64,000 bases of DNA. It comes from Felis catus. Taxonomy: Eukaryota. Below, piece by piece: positions 24,560 through 37,900 of this stretch. Made by a program: the position numbers and the translations under genes. The notes beneath the pieces were generated by a model. It did not search any database. It saw nothing but the letters and a program-made list of their open reading frames with translations, and was not told where the DNA came from. Every line of letters starts with the position of its first letter. The stretch's first letter is position 1. The stretch spans positions 136,278,001 through 136,342,000 of the forward strand of contig NC_058368.1 of assembly GCF_018350175.1 (NCBI RefSeq). Direction: 5' to 3'.

Positions 24560-25300
24560 GCGGGTGAAATCAAGGGTTCAAAACAACAAGTGGAAATTTA
24601 AGGGGACAAAGTACATTCTTACATCTAAATTCAGGAAAATAGCTTATGTATAGAACTAAGGAAACTTGGCTTTGAAGCAGCTCCTATGGGAATAAAAAAA
24701 AAAAAAAAGACCCTGGAATTTTGTTTATCAGCAGGCTTGACAGAGGTTAACTGTGATGAGACTTTCTTAAAAGAACTAGCCGCATTTTAGGCTACACAAA
24801 TTAAAATAGTATGTTCTGATCATTGGTCACAATAATGCTTATAATTTGGCCCGATCTTTGTCTGCAGCTCTATAAGCTGTACTCTGTGAAGAATATTAAC
24901 AGACCAGAAGGCATGCAGGGCATTGGTTCTGAGCCCTGAGATCTGGGCCTTGCCTGTACTTGAGGACAACGTAAAAAGTACAGGTTCCTGGGATCCACTC
25001 TTGGATATCTCCAAGTCATTCTCATGCACATCGTAGATTGGGCACCACTGAGGTGGATGACATGAGCAGCATGATTTAGGAAATAGTGAAGGAAGTGGGT
25101 ATTTAGCTTCGAGAGGGCTATGGGAAGACGAAATAGGTGTTCGCAAGCTTTGAAGGGTTGTCATTTGTAAATTGAAATGGCAAACTGAGGGGAAGGTGTA
25201 GAATGATGAGAAAAGTTTTAGTAATAATTTACTCATATTGAGAGCAGTGTGCTTATGGATCTGCCATCCCAGGAAAGATTAAAGAGGAGCCCCATGTCAG
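24560..25300 (+). mobile_element. Ancient CR1/L3 LINE fragment
   Basis: tggaaatttaaggggacaaagtacattcttacatcta..ttggctttgaagcagctcctatg..gaccctggaattttg..gcattttaggctacac resembles the L3 3' region. Confidence 0.6.
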
Positions 25301-25311
25301 GGATGCTGTAC

Positions 25312-25462
25312 AGCAGCACTTCAAACTTTAATGTGCATGTGAATCACCTGCATTATTAAAATGCAGATTCTAATCTAGTAGGTTTGGGGTAGGGCCTGAG
25401 ATTCTGCATTTCAAATGGTTTCCACTGATGCCAGTGCTTCTGGTCTGTGGACTACACTTTGG
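25312..25462. mobile_element. MER5A-like hAT MITE
   Basis: cttcaaactttaatgtgcatgtgaatcacctg..aaaatgcagattcta..gggcctgagattctgcatttc..ggactacacttt. Confidence 0.8.
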
Positions 25463-26273
25463 CAGAAGGCTGTAGGGGATGCTGGCACCGGTTGACCAGA
25501 TGACCTAGATGATCTCTCAGGTCCGAGTGGGTATTCAGTAAAGGTTAATCAGTTGAAGATGGAGAAAGCAAGTTATCAGCCCTACCCTGGAATCCTTCGG
25601 AACTTACGGTGTGGAACGTGTTTTAATTTATCCCTTACATTTCTCTAGAAACTAGGTATTAAAGATGAGCGATCAAGAGCATCAGCTTCAGAATCACATA
25701 AACTTGGGTTTCTGTCTTGCTTTCCCCATTAATAGGATTATAAATCTGGGTAAGCAACAACCTGAACCTCATTTTCTTCCTTTCTAATAAACTCTCACAG
25801 GTTTTTATGAGCACTTCATGTATTAATGTATATAAAGTGCTTAATGTAGATCACGTGCTTGATAGGTGCTCTCCATGATTATTTTTATTAACATATCCAT
25901 CTATCCATTCGTTGTCATCCTTCCTACAACTCCTATATCTTTGGAGGCCTCCTGAGAGCTCTGCAAATGTAGAGCATCCAATGAGCTCTCAGAGCACAGG
26001 CATTCTCCCCAGATATCAGTGAGATTACTGGAAATACTTCTTATGTGTGTCTCATGTCTTTTCTGTTGGCTTTTTTTTTTTTTTCTTATCCTCACCTCCC
26101 CAGGTTGGGAGCTAAATAGTTTCTCTACATCTTTTGATCAAAATTTTAATTGAATATAATTTGATTTCCTGATCCTATAAGTCAGGAAAATTTTCAGTTT
26201 AGACGTTAAAATGGATGCTACTGGGTGTTTGTCCAGCATCTGTCCCCCTCTTTTCTCTCGTACAGAACTCTGA

Positions 26274-26299
26274 TTGTTGTTGTTGTTGTTGTTGTTGTT
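26274..26299. repeat. (TTG)n microsatellite
   Basis: Directly visible trinucleotide run. Confidence 0.9.
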
Positions 26300-27294
26300 C
26301 TTTAGTTATTCATACTTACAAGTGCATCCATGTGCTTCAGGGAAGCCTGTCGGCTTCCTATTCAGCTCCTGGTGGGCTTGACTGGTTTAATGGGTTTCTC
26401 GTTCTCTTTTCCAGGGACAAGCCCAGAGGTTGGTATGGGAGGAAATCTGTGGAGGGGTGGGTGGTTCTAGGAGATATTTCTTTGTCCCAGAGAAAAGCCA
26501 GAACATTTGATCTCTTTCTTCTTCCGGACATTGGCATATGGGGATGTGACTCTGGATCTGTGGAGCTTTGCTGCATTCCCTGAGAGGCTGAAGCTGTTAT
26601 CGAGGATGCCAGAGCATGATGCAAGGGTCCGGGTCTTCGGTCACATCATTGAGCCACAGAACCACCATTCTGAAGCTGTTCCTTCTTCTTCTTATCCATA
26701 TGGTCTACATAAACGCGTAGGATAAAATTTAATGGGGAATACTTTAAAACACAATTTGTAAATTCAGGATCATTTCAAAGACTGAGTATGTTCAACTTTG
26801 ATGACCCCCTCCAAGTGTCAAGTGCACATGCCAGCAGGGAAGTGGGGGCATGGAGGTGTCTGCAGGGTGCCAGAGGAGACGCGAACTTGCCATTCAGATC
26901 CCCATTCTGTCCACACCATTATTACCTGGCTCTTAAATCCCAGGCGTCTGCCCTGACTCTTTGGTTGTTAGCGGAAGTTCCTCTCCTCTAATCATCTAGA
27001 TTGGGTCTTAGTGTAGTATGAGGCCACATGTAGGTCTTTATATCCCAAGGTGATGGAGATAACTGATGGAATAATGAATAAAAGAAAAGGCCTGTATTAG
27101 TGTGCTGCCTGTGTGAGGGTTTAGTGTATGTATCCTCACTGCTGGACCTTGAAATTGCAGTCGAAATAGATTCTGAACTGTTCAGCTCTGGGAACCATGA
27201 GTGTGGAAAGTTTCCCTCTGACCAGTCTCCATACAGCCCTGTGCCCTGCCCCTCCTGTAGGCCCCTGATATGCTCTTTAAGCAAAAATCTTTAT

Positions 27295-27675
27295 TTTTTT
27301 CCAGTGTTCTTGACAAGAAATTATATATATTTAAGGTGCACAACATGTTTTGATAAATGTGTACACTGTGGAGATGGTTACCACAAACGAGCTAATTAAC
27401 ATTCATTACCTCACGTTCCTTTTTCTTTTCTTTTGCATGTAGTGAGAGCACTTAAGATTTACTCTGTAGCAAATTTCCAGAATACAATACATCATTATTA
27501 ACCATAGTCACAATGCTATACATTAGGTCTCTAGAATATATTCATTTCTAACTTAAGTCTGTGCCCTTTGACCAACATCTCCCCATTTCCCCCCCTACTC
27601 CTCAGCCCCTGGGAACCACTATTCAACTGTTTCTATGCGTTCAACTTGTTTAGATTCCACATATGAGATCATGCT
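27295..27675 (-). mobile_element. Old L1MA-like 3' end fragment
   Basis: tatatatttaaggtgcacaacatg..attattaaccatagtcacaatgctatacattag..ttagattccacatatgagatcatgc. Confidence 0.8.
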
Positions 27676-27722
27676 GTGCACTCCTGAGATAGCCAATCCC
27701 CCTGACCTTTTCTAAAAAACCC

Positions 27723-27913
27723 TTTTTAAAAATATTTATTTATTTTTGAGAGAGAGAGAGAAACAGAGAGCGTGAGCCAGGGAGAGGCAGAGAGAGAGGG
27801 AGACACAGGATCTGATGCAGGCTCCAGGCTCCGGACTGTCAGCACAGAGCCCGGTGAGATCATGACCTGAGCCTAAGTCGGATGCTTAAGCAACTGAGCC
27901 ACCCAGGTGCCCC
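27723..27913 (-). mobile_element. Carnivore SINE with internal deletion (B-box region missing)
   Basis: acagagcccg joined directly to gtgagatcatgacc. Confidence 0.88.
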
Positions 27914-28429
27914 TAAAAACACTTTTTGATTGTACCACTCTCTTAAGTACTTGTGTTGGCTCCCTGTCACTTAGGGTTGAAATTTAAATGTCTTTCCTTG
28001 GCATCTCTGAGTGTTCTGGGCCTGGCTTAAATTCTTCAAAATTAAAAAAAATCAAATAATATTTAGAAACGGTTGAAAAAGAAATAGAACAAAGGGGCTT
28101 ATCATAGTCCACATGTGTCATCCATCCTCATTCCACAGAGACAGGCACTTCTAGCCAATTCTGTTTTGTTCTTTTGGTGATATCCCCCCAAAAAGATATG
28201 CTCGCCTATCAATTTCTTTTCTTTTCAACTTTAGAAGTTGTCTATTTAATTCTTGCTATAAGAAATCAGAACTTGAGCGCATTTACACAGCCCCTTATCC
28301 CTTCAGAATAGTTTGTCTGCCCTTCCTCCCCACAGGTTCATCATCTTTTATCTACAGTTTAAAATTTTTAAGTGCTATGAAATCTGAAGTCTTTTTATAT
28401 CTTTTTTCTTGAAAGTTTGGTGTCAAAAC

Positions 28430-30050
28430 CCATTTAGTGGTAAATCCAGTCTCTCTGTAAACTATCTCGTGTGTGGTTAATTGTGAGGAAGCATCCACTG
28501 AAGCAGATAGCTTCAGGGAACAAGTAGCTGCTGTACTTGACCATTGTGGCAGCAGTGACGACTAAAAAGGACAGTAGCCTGGGATGGATTCTTCTGGGTC
28601 TTTCAGATCACTTAGAGAAGGAAAGTGATGAGATTGGATGTTTAAATTCTCAGCTCTAGTTAAAGAGAACCAGAGAGAGTCTACAGTGGCTATGAATTAT
28701 TTCTTACAGCTACATAGCCAATCTTGCTGAAAATGAAACACAAACTTTCACTGAATTCGTGGCCTTGCCATGACTCTCTTGGGAGACTTAGGACATTTAC
28801 TGAGAAGGAATAGGACCTTAAGTCTTAGAATGGGGCCATCTGATGGGCTGAGATGGAACTGACAGTGGTGACTTCCCCAGTTACTCAGAACTTGCTTTGT
28901 TGGTAGAAGATGGCTGTTTTTCTGCATCTGGGTAGACTAGCCTTCTCTAGCTTGGACACTAATCCTCTTACTTGGGGAAGCTGCCTTACAAGAGGATGCC
29001 TGTTGTCCTTGAGTCGCCCCAATCTCTTCTTCTTGTCAGTAGACCCATAACTGGGGAGACCAGCACAAAGTGTGCCATGGGAGGAAATCGCTAACCCTGT
29101 AGAGGAATTGCTGGGTTACGGTTGAATGGATGCAAGATGTGAGGTGCTGATACTTACTGCATCCTCCTGGAACTTGCCTGTTTGGCCTTTGCAGGAGGCG
29201 GAAGAATCTTGGAGGATGACCATAGACGATTGGAAACTTCACTTCAATTTGATCTGTTTTGTCGGGTATGATATACATACTGGAATAGATTAATGCAGCC
29301 CCTGGTAACTGGCATGCAGATACTGGCTCACAAAATGCTATTTTCTCTTTACCAATTTGCAAGTATCACCGGGAAGCAGTTTGCTTTTACTGAGCACAAC
29401 CAATGGTATATTTCAGTCTTGCTTCAGGACTATGCCACCTGTCCTGCTCTCTGCCACAATGAGAGTCCGCACAAGGCTTGGACGTTTTGATACTCCATAC
29501 AACATGACCGTGGATCCCTATTTTTGATGACTATGTTAGAGCTGATGAGCAGGAAGGAGCAAGGACTTAAGATGCCTTAATGAGACCTGTGTGGACCACA
29601 GGGTGGGAGATGCAGCCTGTGAACATTTAAAGGTCTGTCTGCTTAGTGAAGTTTCTGCAGGGGGAGGAGGAGGTCCAGTTGAAGCAGCTCCTAAAATGTG
29701 AAGAATTTGTTGCTGTATCTTTAATGGCCCACCAATAAAAGGAGGCACAATATCTGGTAGGCCTTTGGGATTTTGGAGGGAACCTATGTGAGCATGGTGT
29801 TTCTACTCCTTTACCTTATAACCTTTCAGTTTGGGATGGATAATAGAGCACGAGAACGGTAATCATCTGATTGCAGAGTCTACCATGCATGGGAGACTGC
29901 TTGGTGAACTGAATTTCAGTTAATTTCCAGTTGATTTGTGCCTCATTCGTACTCTTCCTCCTACACCCGGAGAGGTTAGCTCAGTGTGCCGGGCAGTGTG
30001 AGAGGGCTGGTGACTCAGTGCCACGGGGGCAACCCTCCACCAGGGGAGGA
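28430..30050 (+). mobile_element. Decayed ERV-L class internal region (gag/pol remnants)
   Basis: RT remnants SWRMTIDDWKL (~29208) and KQFAFTEHNQWYISVLLQDYATCPALCHN (~29373-29460) resemble ERV-L RT (WRMTVDYRKLN, KQFAFxWQGQQYTFTVLPQGYxNSPALCHN); purine tract aggggagga at 30042-30050. Confidence 0.8.
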
Positions 30051-30296
30051 TGAAATTTTTTCTATAAATATTTTAGCTGTGAGGTCTGTTTTACATCCGC
30101 ACGGGATTGAGCCCCGGCTGCCCATAGCAGGAACCTTCATATTAACCTGCACTTGATAGCCTTTTCTCCCTTTCTTTCCCTTCTCACTTTGCGCTCTCCA
30201 TCATTCTGCTTTTTTGGGGATGCGCCCCCCCCCCAATAAACTACCTGCACACAAGTCTTTGTCTCAGGGTCTGCTTTGGGAAATTCCAACCTTAGC
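30051..30296 (+). mobile_element. LTR16-like 3' LTR of the ERV-L element
   Basis: Starts TG right after the purine tract; ends cccaataaactacctgcacacaagtctttgtctcagggtctgctttgggaaattccaacct. Confidence 0.7.
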
Positions 30297-30769
30297 CGGA
30301 GGTCAAGGGCTCTGTCCTTAGTGGCCGTTACTCTGTGCACGGTGTGGCTTCCTCTGTTCCACTGCATGGGTCAGCGTCCTTTCCAGTGCTTTCATGCTCC
30401 ATGAGCTCTTTTGCACATCCACTGACAACCTCTGCTGTTGACGGTTTCTTCCTTTGGGGCTCCTTCCTCATCTGACTAGGAGGAGGCATTTATGCTGGCT
30501 TCTCTGGCCTTCTGCAGGCGAAGCCTGCCTGATGCCTGTAACCAGATTTCCTGTTCCGCTGTATTCGCCTGTAACCCTATAGTCAAGGAACCCTCAGATC
30601 TGTTTCCCTCCTTCCCTCCTTTGCACACATTCTCCCTCTGCCTGGCGTTTTATTCCTCTTGTCTGACTGATGAACTCTCATTTCTTCTTCAAAGTTCTGT
30701 TCAAATGGGAGCTCCTGTTCTATCTCCTCTAATTTCCCCTCTCTCTTCAGGTAGTTGATAATTGTGAAT

Positions 30770-30906
30770 TCACTGTCTGTCTCTTTGCTTGGTTGTGCGT
30801 TCTGCAGGGGAAGGACCGTACCTCTTGTTCATCACTGTACTCCCAGGCTCTGGCACCGTGCCTGGCCTGGCACAAAATAGGTGCTTGATAATATCTGTTG
30901 AATGAA
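30770..30906 (+). mobile_element. L2 3' end
   Basis: tcttgttcatcactgtactcccagg..gtgcctggc..taggtgcttgataatatctgttgaatgaa. Confidence 0.75.
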
Positions 30907-31300
30907 CAGGTGAATGTGTTCCTTAATGGTAAGGAAGTTGACGTGGCTGGACGCGGCACACATAGCATGGGGAGTGGCCCACAGATGAACCTCTCCAGGG
31001 CAGTTGTAGGGGAGCTAGCTGCTTATCTCCAACTACCCTTGGTTCGAAGATCTTGCAAGATGAAACTTTGGGGCAGTCAAGGGGAGCTTGTGGGGGCAGC
31101 AGGTTGATGGTAGAGACAGGAGCACGAAGTGAGGTTACTGTGTTTTGTCCCAGAGTCTGTCTATTGTCACCTTGATATTGTTCCTGGAAGGAAGTTAATT
31201 TCGTGAGATCTCAACCCCCCACCATTCCTTTACCTGAGGTTGTATGGTATGGAGATGAGCTGGAGCTGAGTCTTGGGCATGCTCACTTGTTAGTTTTATC

Positions 31301-31470
31301 TTTTAAAAATTTATTTATTTATTTTGAAGGTGGGGGGGCATAGAGAGAGGGAGAGAATCTGCTGTCAGTGCAGAGCCAATGCAGGGCTCAATCTCATGAA
31401 CCGTGAGATCATGACCTGAACCAAAATCAACAGTCAGATGCGTAACCACCTGAGCCACCCAGGTGTCCCC
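31301..31470 (-). mobile_element. Carnivore SINE
   Basis: SINE motifs; TSD ttgttagttt. Confidence 0.9.
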
Positions 31471-32519
31471 CTCAGTTGTTAGTTTCATAATTTGGGGGCA
31501 AGTTACTCAAATTCTCTCTGTCCCAGTTTCATAATCCGTTAAGTGAGTATATATTATATATTTATTTGTAACATACTGTTTATTATATTTTGTAAGTATA
31601 TGCTATATGTAGTCACTTAGAGCCCATAGAGGGCATGTTGTAAGCCTTAACTGTTAGTTGTTAATAATTACCCAGTGACTAATGTAAGATTTTAGGTCCG
31701 GTGGCTTCCCCACAGTCACAAAGGAAGTCTGGGGTGGGTCTAAGGATAATAACCGTACATTTAGAGATTCAAAGACTTTTTAAAATCTGAGTTGCCAGAG
31801 GCCTGTGGCAACTGGCTGCACCTCACTGAGCAGAAGGATGTGCCAGAGACACTCAGAGCTATGCCTGTATCCAGACAGCAGGATGGGATGAATCAGAAAG
31901 TCTGTTTGATTTCCGTCACTGGAGCCCTGATATGCATTTGGCATCAACAGCTGGATGTTCCCTAAAGGGCTCATTCAAGCCCAAGTCACTGTGTTTTTGT
32001 CTCTGTGGACACACGGATGCAAAAAGGAACTGAGCTTAGAAAAACTGATCCCTTGGTACTGAAAATGCCAGTGCAGTTCCACTGTGGTTATTATACATCA
32101 AACTGTATTAAAAAGTGACTCTGAAAATACTTCTTCAATAGTGATAATGGTAAAATGGAAACTCGGGTGATTAATGTCAAAGCTTCAGGATCCCAGCTTC
32201 TCTGGTTAGGCCTTGGGTTTATGAGGAGGAAACTTGGATTTCCTCTAGTTCACTTCTCTCTGTGGACTATTTGTCGATGTCTGGTTTCTTTAGCAGTTTG
32301 AGCAGGTGGATTTGGATGCCTCTATATTTTGAGTTGAAAGGTGGGACTAAGGAATTAGACCAGAGTCAAGTTGTTAAATGATATTTTTATTTCTGGAACA
32401 GCAGCAGTTGGAAATAGTGGAAGAGTCTGCCTGAACCTCTCAGGGATGGGTCGTTCCTTCCTTGAAATACCAGTTGTGGCTTTGAATTGGGCATTTACTG
32501 CCATTTCATATTTTTTGTT

Positions 32520-32730
32520 TAAAAATTTTTTTTGAGTTTATTTTTTGAGGGAGAGAGAGACAGAGAGCAGGGGAGGGGCAGAAAGAAAGGGAGAGAGAGA
32601 GATTCCCAAGCAGGCCCTGTACTGTCAGCACAGAGACCAATGTGGGGCTCAAACTGGTGAACCATGAGATCATGACCTGAGCTGAAATCAAGAGTCAGAC
32701 ACTTAACTAACTGAGCCACCCAGTCACCCC
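32520..32730 (-). mobile_element. Carnivore SINE
   Basis: SINE body; TSD atattttttgttt. Confidence 0.92.
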
Positions 32731-32762
32731 GATATTTTTTGTTTTAAATATTTAGTGGGTCA

Positions 32763-32929
32763 GGGGCACCTGGGTGGCTCAGTTGGTTAAGCGTCCGACT
32801 TCAGCTTGGGTCATAATGTCACAGTCCATGAGTTCGAGCCCCGCCTTGGGCTCTGTGCAGACAGCTCAGACCCTGGAGTCTGCTTCAGATTCTGTGTCTC
32901 CCTCTCTCTCTGCCCCTCCCCTGCTCACA

Positions 32930-32980
<51 letters not shown>

Positions 32981-32999
32981 ATAAACACTAAAAAAAAAA
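32763..32999 (+). mobile_element. Carnivore SINE with long (CT)n
   Basis: ggggcacctgggtggctcag head. Confidence 0.93.
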
Positions 33000-33514
33000 T
33001 GTAATGGTTCTAGGGTTTACAGTGCACATCTCATCACATTTTCCTTCAAATCACATTACACTGCTTCATGAATAACATTAGAGCCCGACAACAGTTTGCT
33101 TCCATTTTCTCCTGCCATCTTTTGTGCTATGACTGTCATGCCTTTGAAATTTACATTTGTTACAAAACCTACAGTCCATTGTTAGTCTTTTTGGCTTTCA
33201 ATGAGTTATTTTTGCAGACTTATAAAGAAAAAACAACAGAAAAGCTGGTTACCCACATATTTACCATATGATGCTGTTCACTCCTTTGTGCAGATCTGGA
33301 ATGATTTCCTTCAGCCACAGAACTTCCTTTAACATTTTTTGTAGTGTAGATCTGCTAGCAACAGATTGCCCCAGCTTTCATATTTCTGAACATGTCTTTA
33401 ATTCACCTTTGTTGGCGGGGGGGGGGGGGGGGAGCGGGGGGTTGTACAATAATTGTTGGTCAAATACGTGCATTGAGAGAATGAAATACATACAACTGCT
33501 TGAAATAATGCAGC

Positions 33515-33935
33515 GGGGCCCCTGGGTGGCTCAGTCAGTTAAGTGTCCGACTTCAGCTCATGTCATGTTCTCATTTTGTGGGTTCGAGCCCTGCATCGGG
33601 CTCAGTGCTGACAGTGCAGAGCCTGCTTGGAGTTTGTTTCTCTCTCCCCCTCTCGCTTGCGTGCGTGCTCTCTCTCTCTCAAAATAAATAAATAAAAATA
33701 AATACAATACAATACAATACAATAGGGACTCCTGGGTGGCTTAGTCAGTTCAGCATCTGACCTTGGCTCAGGTCATGATCTCCCCTTTGGTGAGTTCGAA
33801 CTCCACATTGAGCTCTGCAGCCAGAGCTCAGAGCCTGGAGCCTGCTTCCCATTCTCCGTCTCCCTCTTTCTCTCTGCTCCTCCCCCATTTATGGACTCTC
33901 TTTCTTTCTCTTTCAAAAACAAATAAAATATCAAA
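33515..33935 (+). mobile_element. Tandem SINE dimer (33515-33723 and 33725-33935)
   Basis: Two head-to-tail SINEs inside one TSD aaataatgcag (33503-33513 and 33936-33946). Confidence 0.9.
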
Positions 33936-34329
33936 AAATAATGCAGGAAAAAAAATAAAGACGTTTGGTCTTTCTTAGGTGGAAAATGGCAGTTTTTGGA
34001 CATGGATATACATATAATGTCATTTTTTGAATCCAAATTCTATGTATATTTAATCATAGAATAACCCTGGAGCAGTATACCTGGGAATGTAAACAGTGGT
34101 ATGTCAGTGATATGTCCTCTTTTTGCATACACTGGCATTTTTCTGAAGTTGCTAAAATGAACCTGTATCCCTTTTATCATAAGAAAGTAAAATGTGTTTG
34201 CTTTAACCTATTTGGCTTTTTCCTTCTGATCTCACACTGCTAAAATGCACAGCTTAATAAAATTTGCTTAAAAGTAAATGTCATTTAAGCTGTATCTTAA
34301 TGCAAATGTTAATAGGTAAGAATAAAATT

Positions 34330-34545
34330 GGGGCGCCTGGGTGGCTCAGTCGGTTAAGCGTCTGACTTCAGCTCAGGTCACGATCTCGCGGTCCGTGAGT
34401 TCGAGCCCTGCGTCGGGCTCTGGGCTGATGGCTCGGAGCCTGGAGCCTGCTTCCGATTCTGTTTCCCTCTCTCTCTGCCCCTCCCCCGTTCATGCTCTGT
34501 CTCTCTCTGTCTCAAAAATAAATAAAAGTTAAAAAAATTTTTTTT
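34330..34545 (+). mobile_element. Feline SINE (CpG-rich)
   Basis: SINE consensus; TSD aagaat(a/g)aaatt. Confidence 0.94.
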
Positions 34546-34966
34546 TAAAGAATGAAATTAAACCATGTGTGTGTGTTCTGGGCTTTGCAAATATGAATGA
34601 TGGGGAGAAATGGGTACCTTTTGTGAGACTCTTGGGAAAACTGAAAGGGCAGCACACTGACTTCTTATACTCCTCCAAGTTGAGGAGATCTTTTTTTTTT
34701 TTTAATAATTTAACTTTTTTATTTTTAAAAATTTACATCCAAATTAGTTAGTATATAGTGAAGCAATGATTTCAGGAGTAGATTCCTTAATGCCCCTTAC
34801 CCATTTAGCCCATCCCCTCTCCCACAACCCCTCCAGCAACCCTCAGTTTGTTCTCCATATTTATGAGTCTCTTTTGTTTTGTCCCCCTCCCTGTTTTTAT
34901 ATTATTTTTGTTTCCCTTCCCTTATGTTCCTCTGTTTTGTCTCTTAAATTCCTCATATGAGTGAAG

Positions 34967-37900
34967 TCATATGATATTTGTCTTTCTCTGACTAATTTCA
35001 CTTAGCATAATACCCTCCAGTTCCATCCACGTGGTTGCAAATGGCAAGATTTCCTTCTTTTTGATTGCCAAGTAATACTCCATCATATATATATACCACA
35101 TCTTCTTTATCCATTCATCCATCGATGGACATTTGGGCTCTTTCCATACTTTGGCTATTGTGGATAGTACTGCTATAAACATGAGGGTGTATGTGTCCCT
35201 TCGAAACAGCACACCTGTATCCCTTGGATAAATACCTAGTAGTGCAATTGCTGGGTTATAAGGTAGTTCTATTTTTAGTTTTTTGAGAAACTTCCATACT
35301 GTTTTCCAGAGTGGCTGCACCAGCTTGCATTCCCACCAACAATGCAAAAGAGATCCTCTTTCTCCGCATCCTTGCCAACATCTGTTGTGGCCTGAGTTGT
35401 TAATGTTAGAAATTCTGACAGGTGTAAGGTGGTATCTCATTGTGGTTTTGATTTGTATTTCCCTGATGATGAGTGATGTTGAGCAATTTTTCATGTGTCG
35501 GTTGACCATCTGATGTGTTCTTTGGAGAAGTGTCTATTCATGTCTTTTGCCCATTTCTTCACTGGATTTTTTTTTTTTTTTTTGGGTGTTGAGTTTGATA
35601 AGTCCTTTGTAGATTTCAGATAAACCTTTGTCATTTGCAAATATCTTCTCCCATTTCGTCAGTTGCCTTTTAGTTTTGCTGATTGTTTCCTTTGCTGTGC
35701 AGAAGCTTTTTATTTTGATGAGGTCCCAGTAGTTCATTTTTGCTTTTGTTTCCCTTGCCTCCAGAGACATGTTGAGTAAGGAGTTGCTGAGGCCGAGCTC
35801 AAAGAGGTTTTTGACTGCTTTCTCCTCGAGGATTTTGATGGCTTCCTGTCTTACATTGAGGTCTTTCATTCACTTTGAGTTATTTTTGTGTATGGTGTAA
35901 GTGGCTCAGGTCCATTCTTCTGCATATTACTGTCCAGTTTTCCCAGCACCACTTGCTGAAGAGACTGTCTTTATTCCATTGGATACTCTTTCCTGCTTTG
36001 TCAAAGATTAGTTGCCCATATGTTTGTGGGTCCATTTCTGGGTTCTCTGCTCTATTCTATTGATTTGAGTGTCTGTTCTTGTGACAGTACCATACTGTCT
36101 TGATGATTACAGCTTTGTACTATAGCTTGAAGTCTGGGATTGTGATGCCTCCTGCTTTGGTTTTCTTTTTCCAGATTGCTGTGGTTATTCGGGGTCTTTT
36201 CTGGTTCCATACAAATTTTAGGATTATTTGTTCTAGCTCTGTGACGAACGCTGGTGTTACTTTGATAGGGATTGCATTAAATACGTAAATTGCTTTAGGT
36301 AGTATCGACATTTTAACAATATTTGTTCTTCCTATTCAGGAGCATGGAATCTTTTTCCATTTTTTTGTGTCTTCTTCAATTTCTTTCATAAGCTTTCTAT
36401 GGTTTTCAGCGTATAGATTTTTCACCTCTTTGGTTAGATTTATTCATAGGTATTTTATGGGTTTTGGTGTAACTGTAAATGGGATCGATTGCTTGATTTC
36501 TCTTTCTGTTCCTTCATTGTTGGTGAATAGGAATGCAACCGATTTCTGTGCATTGGTTTTATATCTTGCAACTTTGCTGAATTCATGAATCAGTTCTAGC
36601 AGTTTTTGGTGGAATCTTTTGGGTTTTCCATATAGAGTATCATGTCATCTGCAAAGAGTGAAAGTTTGACCTCTTCCTGGCCAATTTGGATGCCTTTTAT
36701 TTCTTTGTGTTGTCTGATTGCAAAGGCTAAGACTTCCAATACTGTGTTGAGTAACAGTGGCGAGAGTGAACATCCTTGTCTTGTTCCTGACCTTAGGGGG
36801 AAAGCTCTGTTTTTCCCCATTGAGGATGATATTAGCATTGGGTCGTTTATATATGGCTTTATGATCTCAAGGTATGCTCCTTCTATCCCTACTTTCTTGA
36901 GGGTTTTTATCAAGAAAGGATGCTGTATTTTATCAAATGCTTTCTCTGCATCTATCGAGAGGATCATATGGTTCTTGCCCTTTCTTTTATTGATGTGATG
37001 AATCACGTTAATTGTTTTGTGGATATTGAACCAGCCCTGCATCCCAGGTATAAATCCCACTTGGTCATGGTGAATAATTTTTTTAATGTATTGTTGGATC
37101 CGGTTGGCTAATATCTTGTTGAGGATTGTTGCATCCATGTTCATCAGGGAAATTGGTCTATAGTTCTCCTTTTTAGTGGGGTTTCTGTCTGGTTTTGGAA
37201 TCAGGGTAATGCTGGCTTCATAGAAAGAGTTTGGAAGTTTTCCTTCCATTTCTATTTTTTGGAACAGTTTCAAGAGAATAGATGTTAACTCTTCCTTAAA
37301 TGTTTGGTAGAATTCCCCTGGAAAGCCATCTGACCCTGGACTCTTGTTTTTTGGCAGATTTTTTTATTACTAGTTCGATTTCCTTACTGGTTATGGGTCT
37401 GTCAAATTTTTTATTTCTTCCTGTTTCAGTTTTGGTAGTGTATATGTTTCTAGGAATTTGTCCATTTCTTCCAGATTGCCCATTTTATTGGCATATAATT
37501 GCTCATAATATTCTCTTATTATTGTTTTTATTTCTGTTGTGTTGGTTGTGATTTCTCCTCTTTCATTCTTGATTTTACTTATTTGGGTCCTTTCCTTTTT
37601 CTTCTTGATCAAACTGGCTAGTGGTTTATCGATTTTATTAATTCTTTCAAAGAAACAGCTTCTGGTTTCATTGATCTATTCTATTGTTTTTTTGGTTTCG
37701 ATAGCATTAATTTCTGCTCTAATCTTTATTATTTCCTGTCTTTTGTTGGTTTTGGGTTTTATTTGCTGTTCTTTTTCAGCTCCTTAAGGTGTAAGGTTAG
37801 ATTGTGTATCTGAGATCTTTATTCCTTTTTTAGGAAGGCCTGTATTGCTATATACTTTCCTCTTATGACCGCCTTTGCTATGTCCCAGAGGTTTTGGGTT

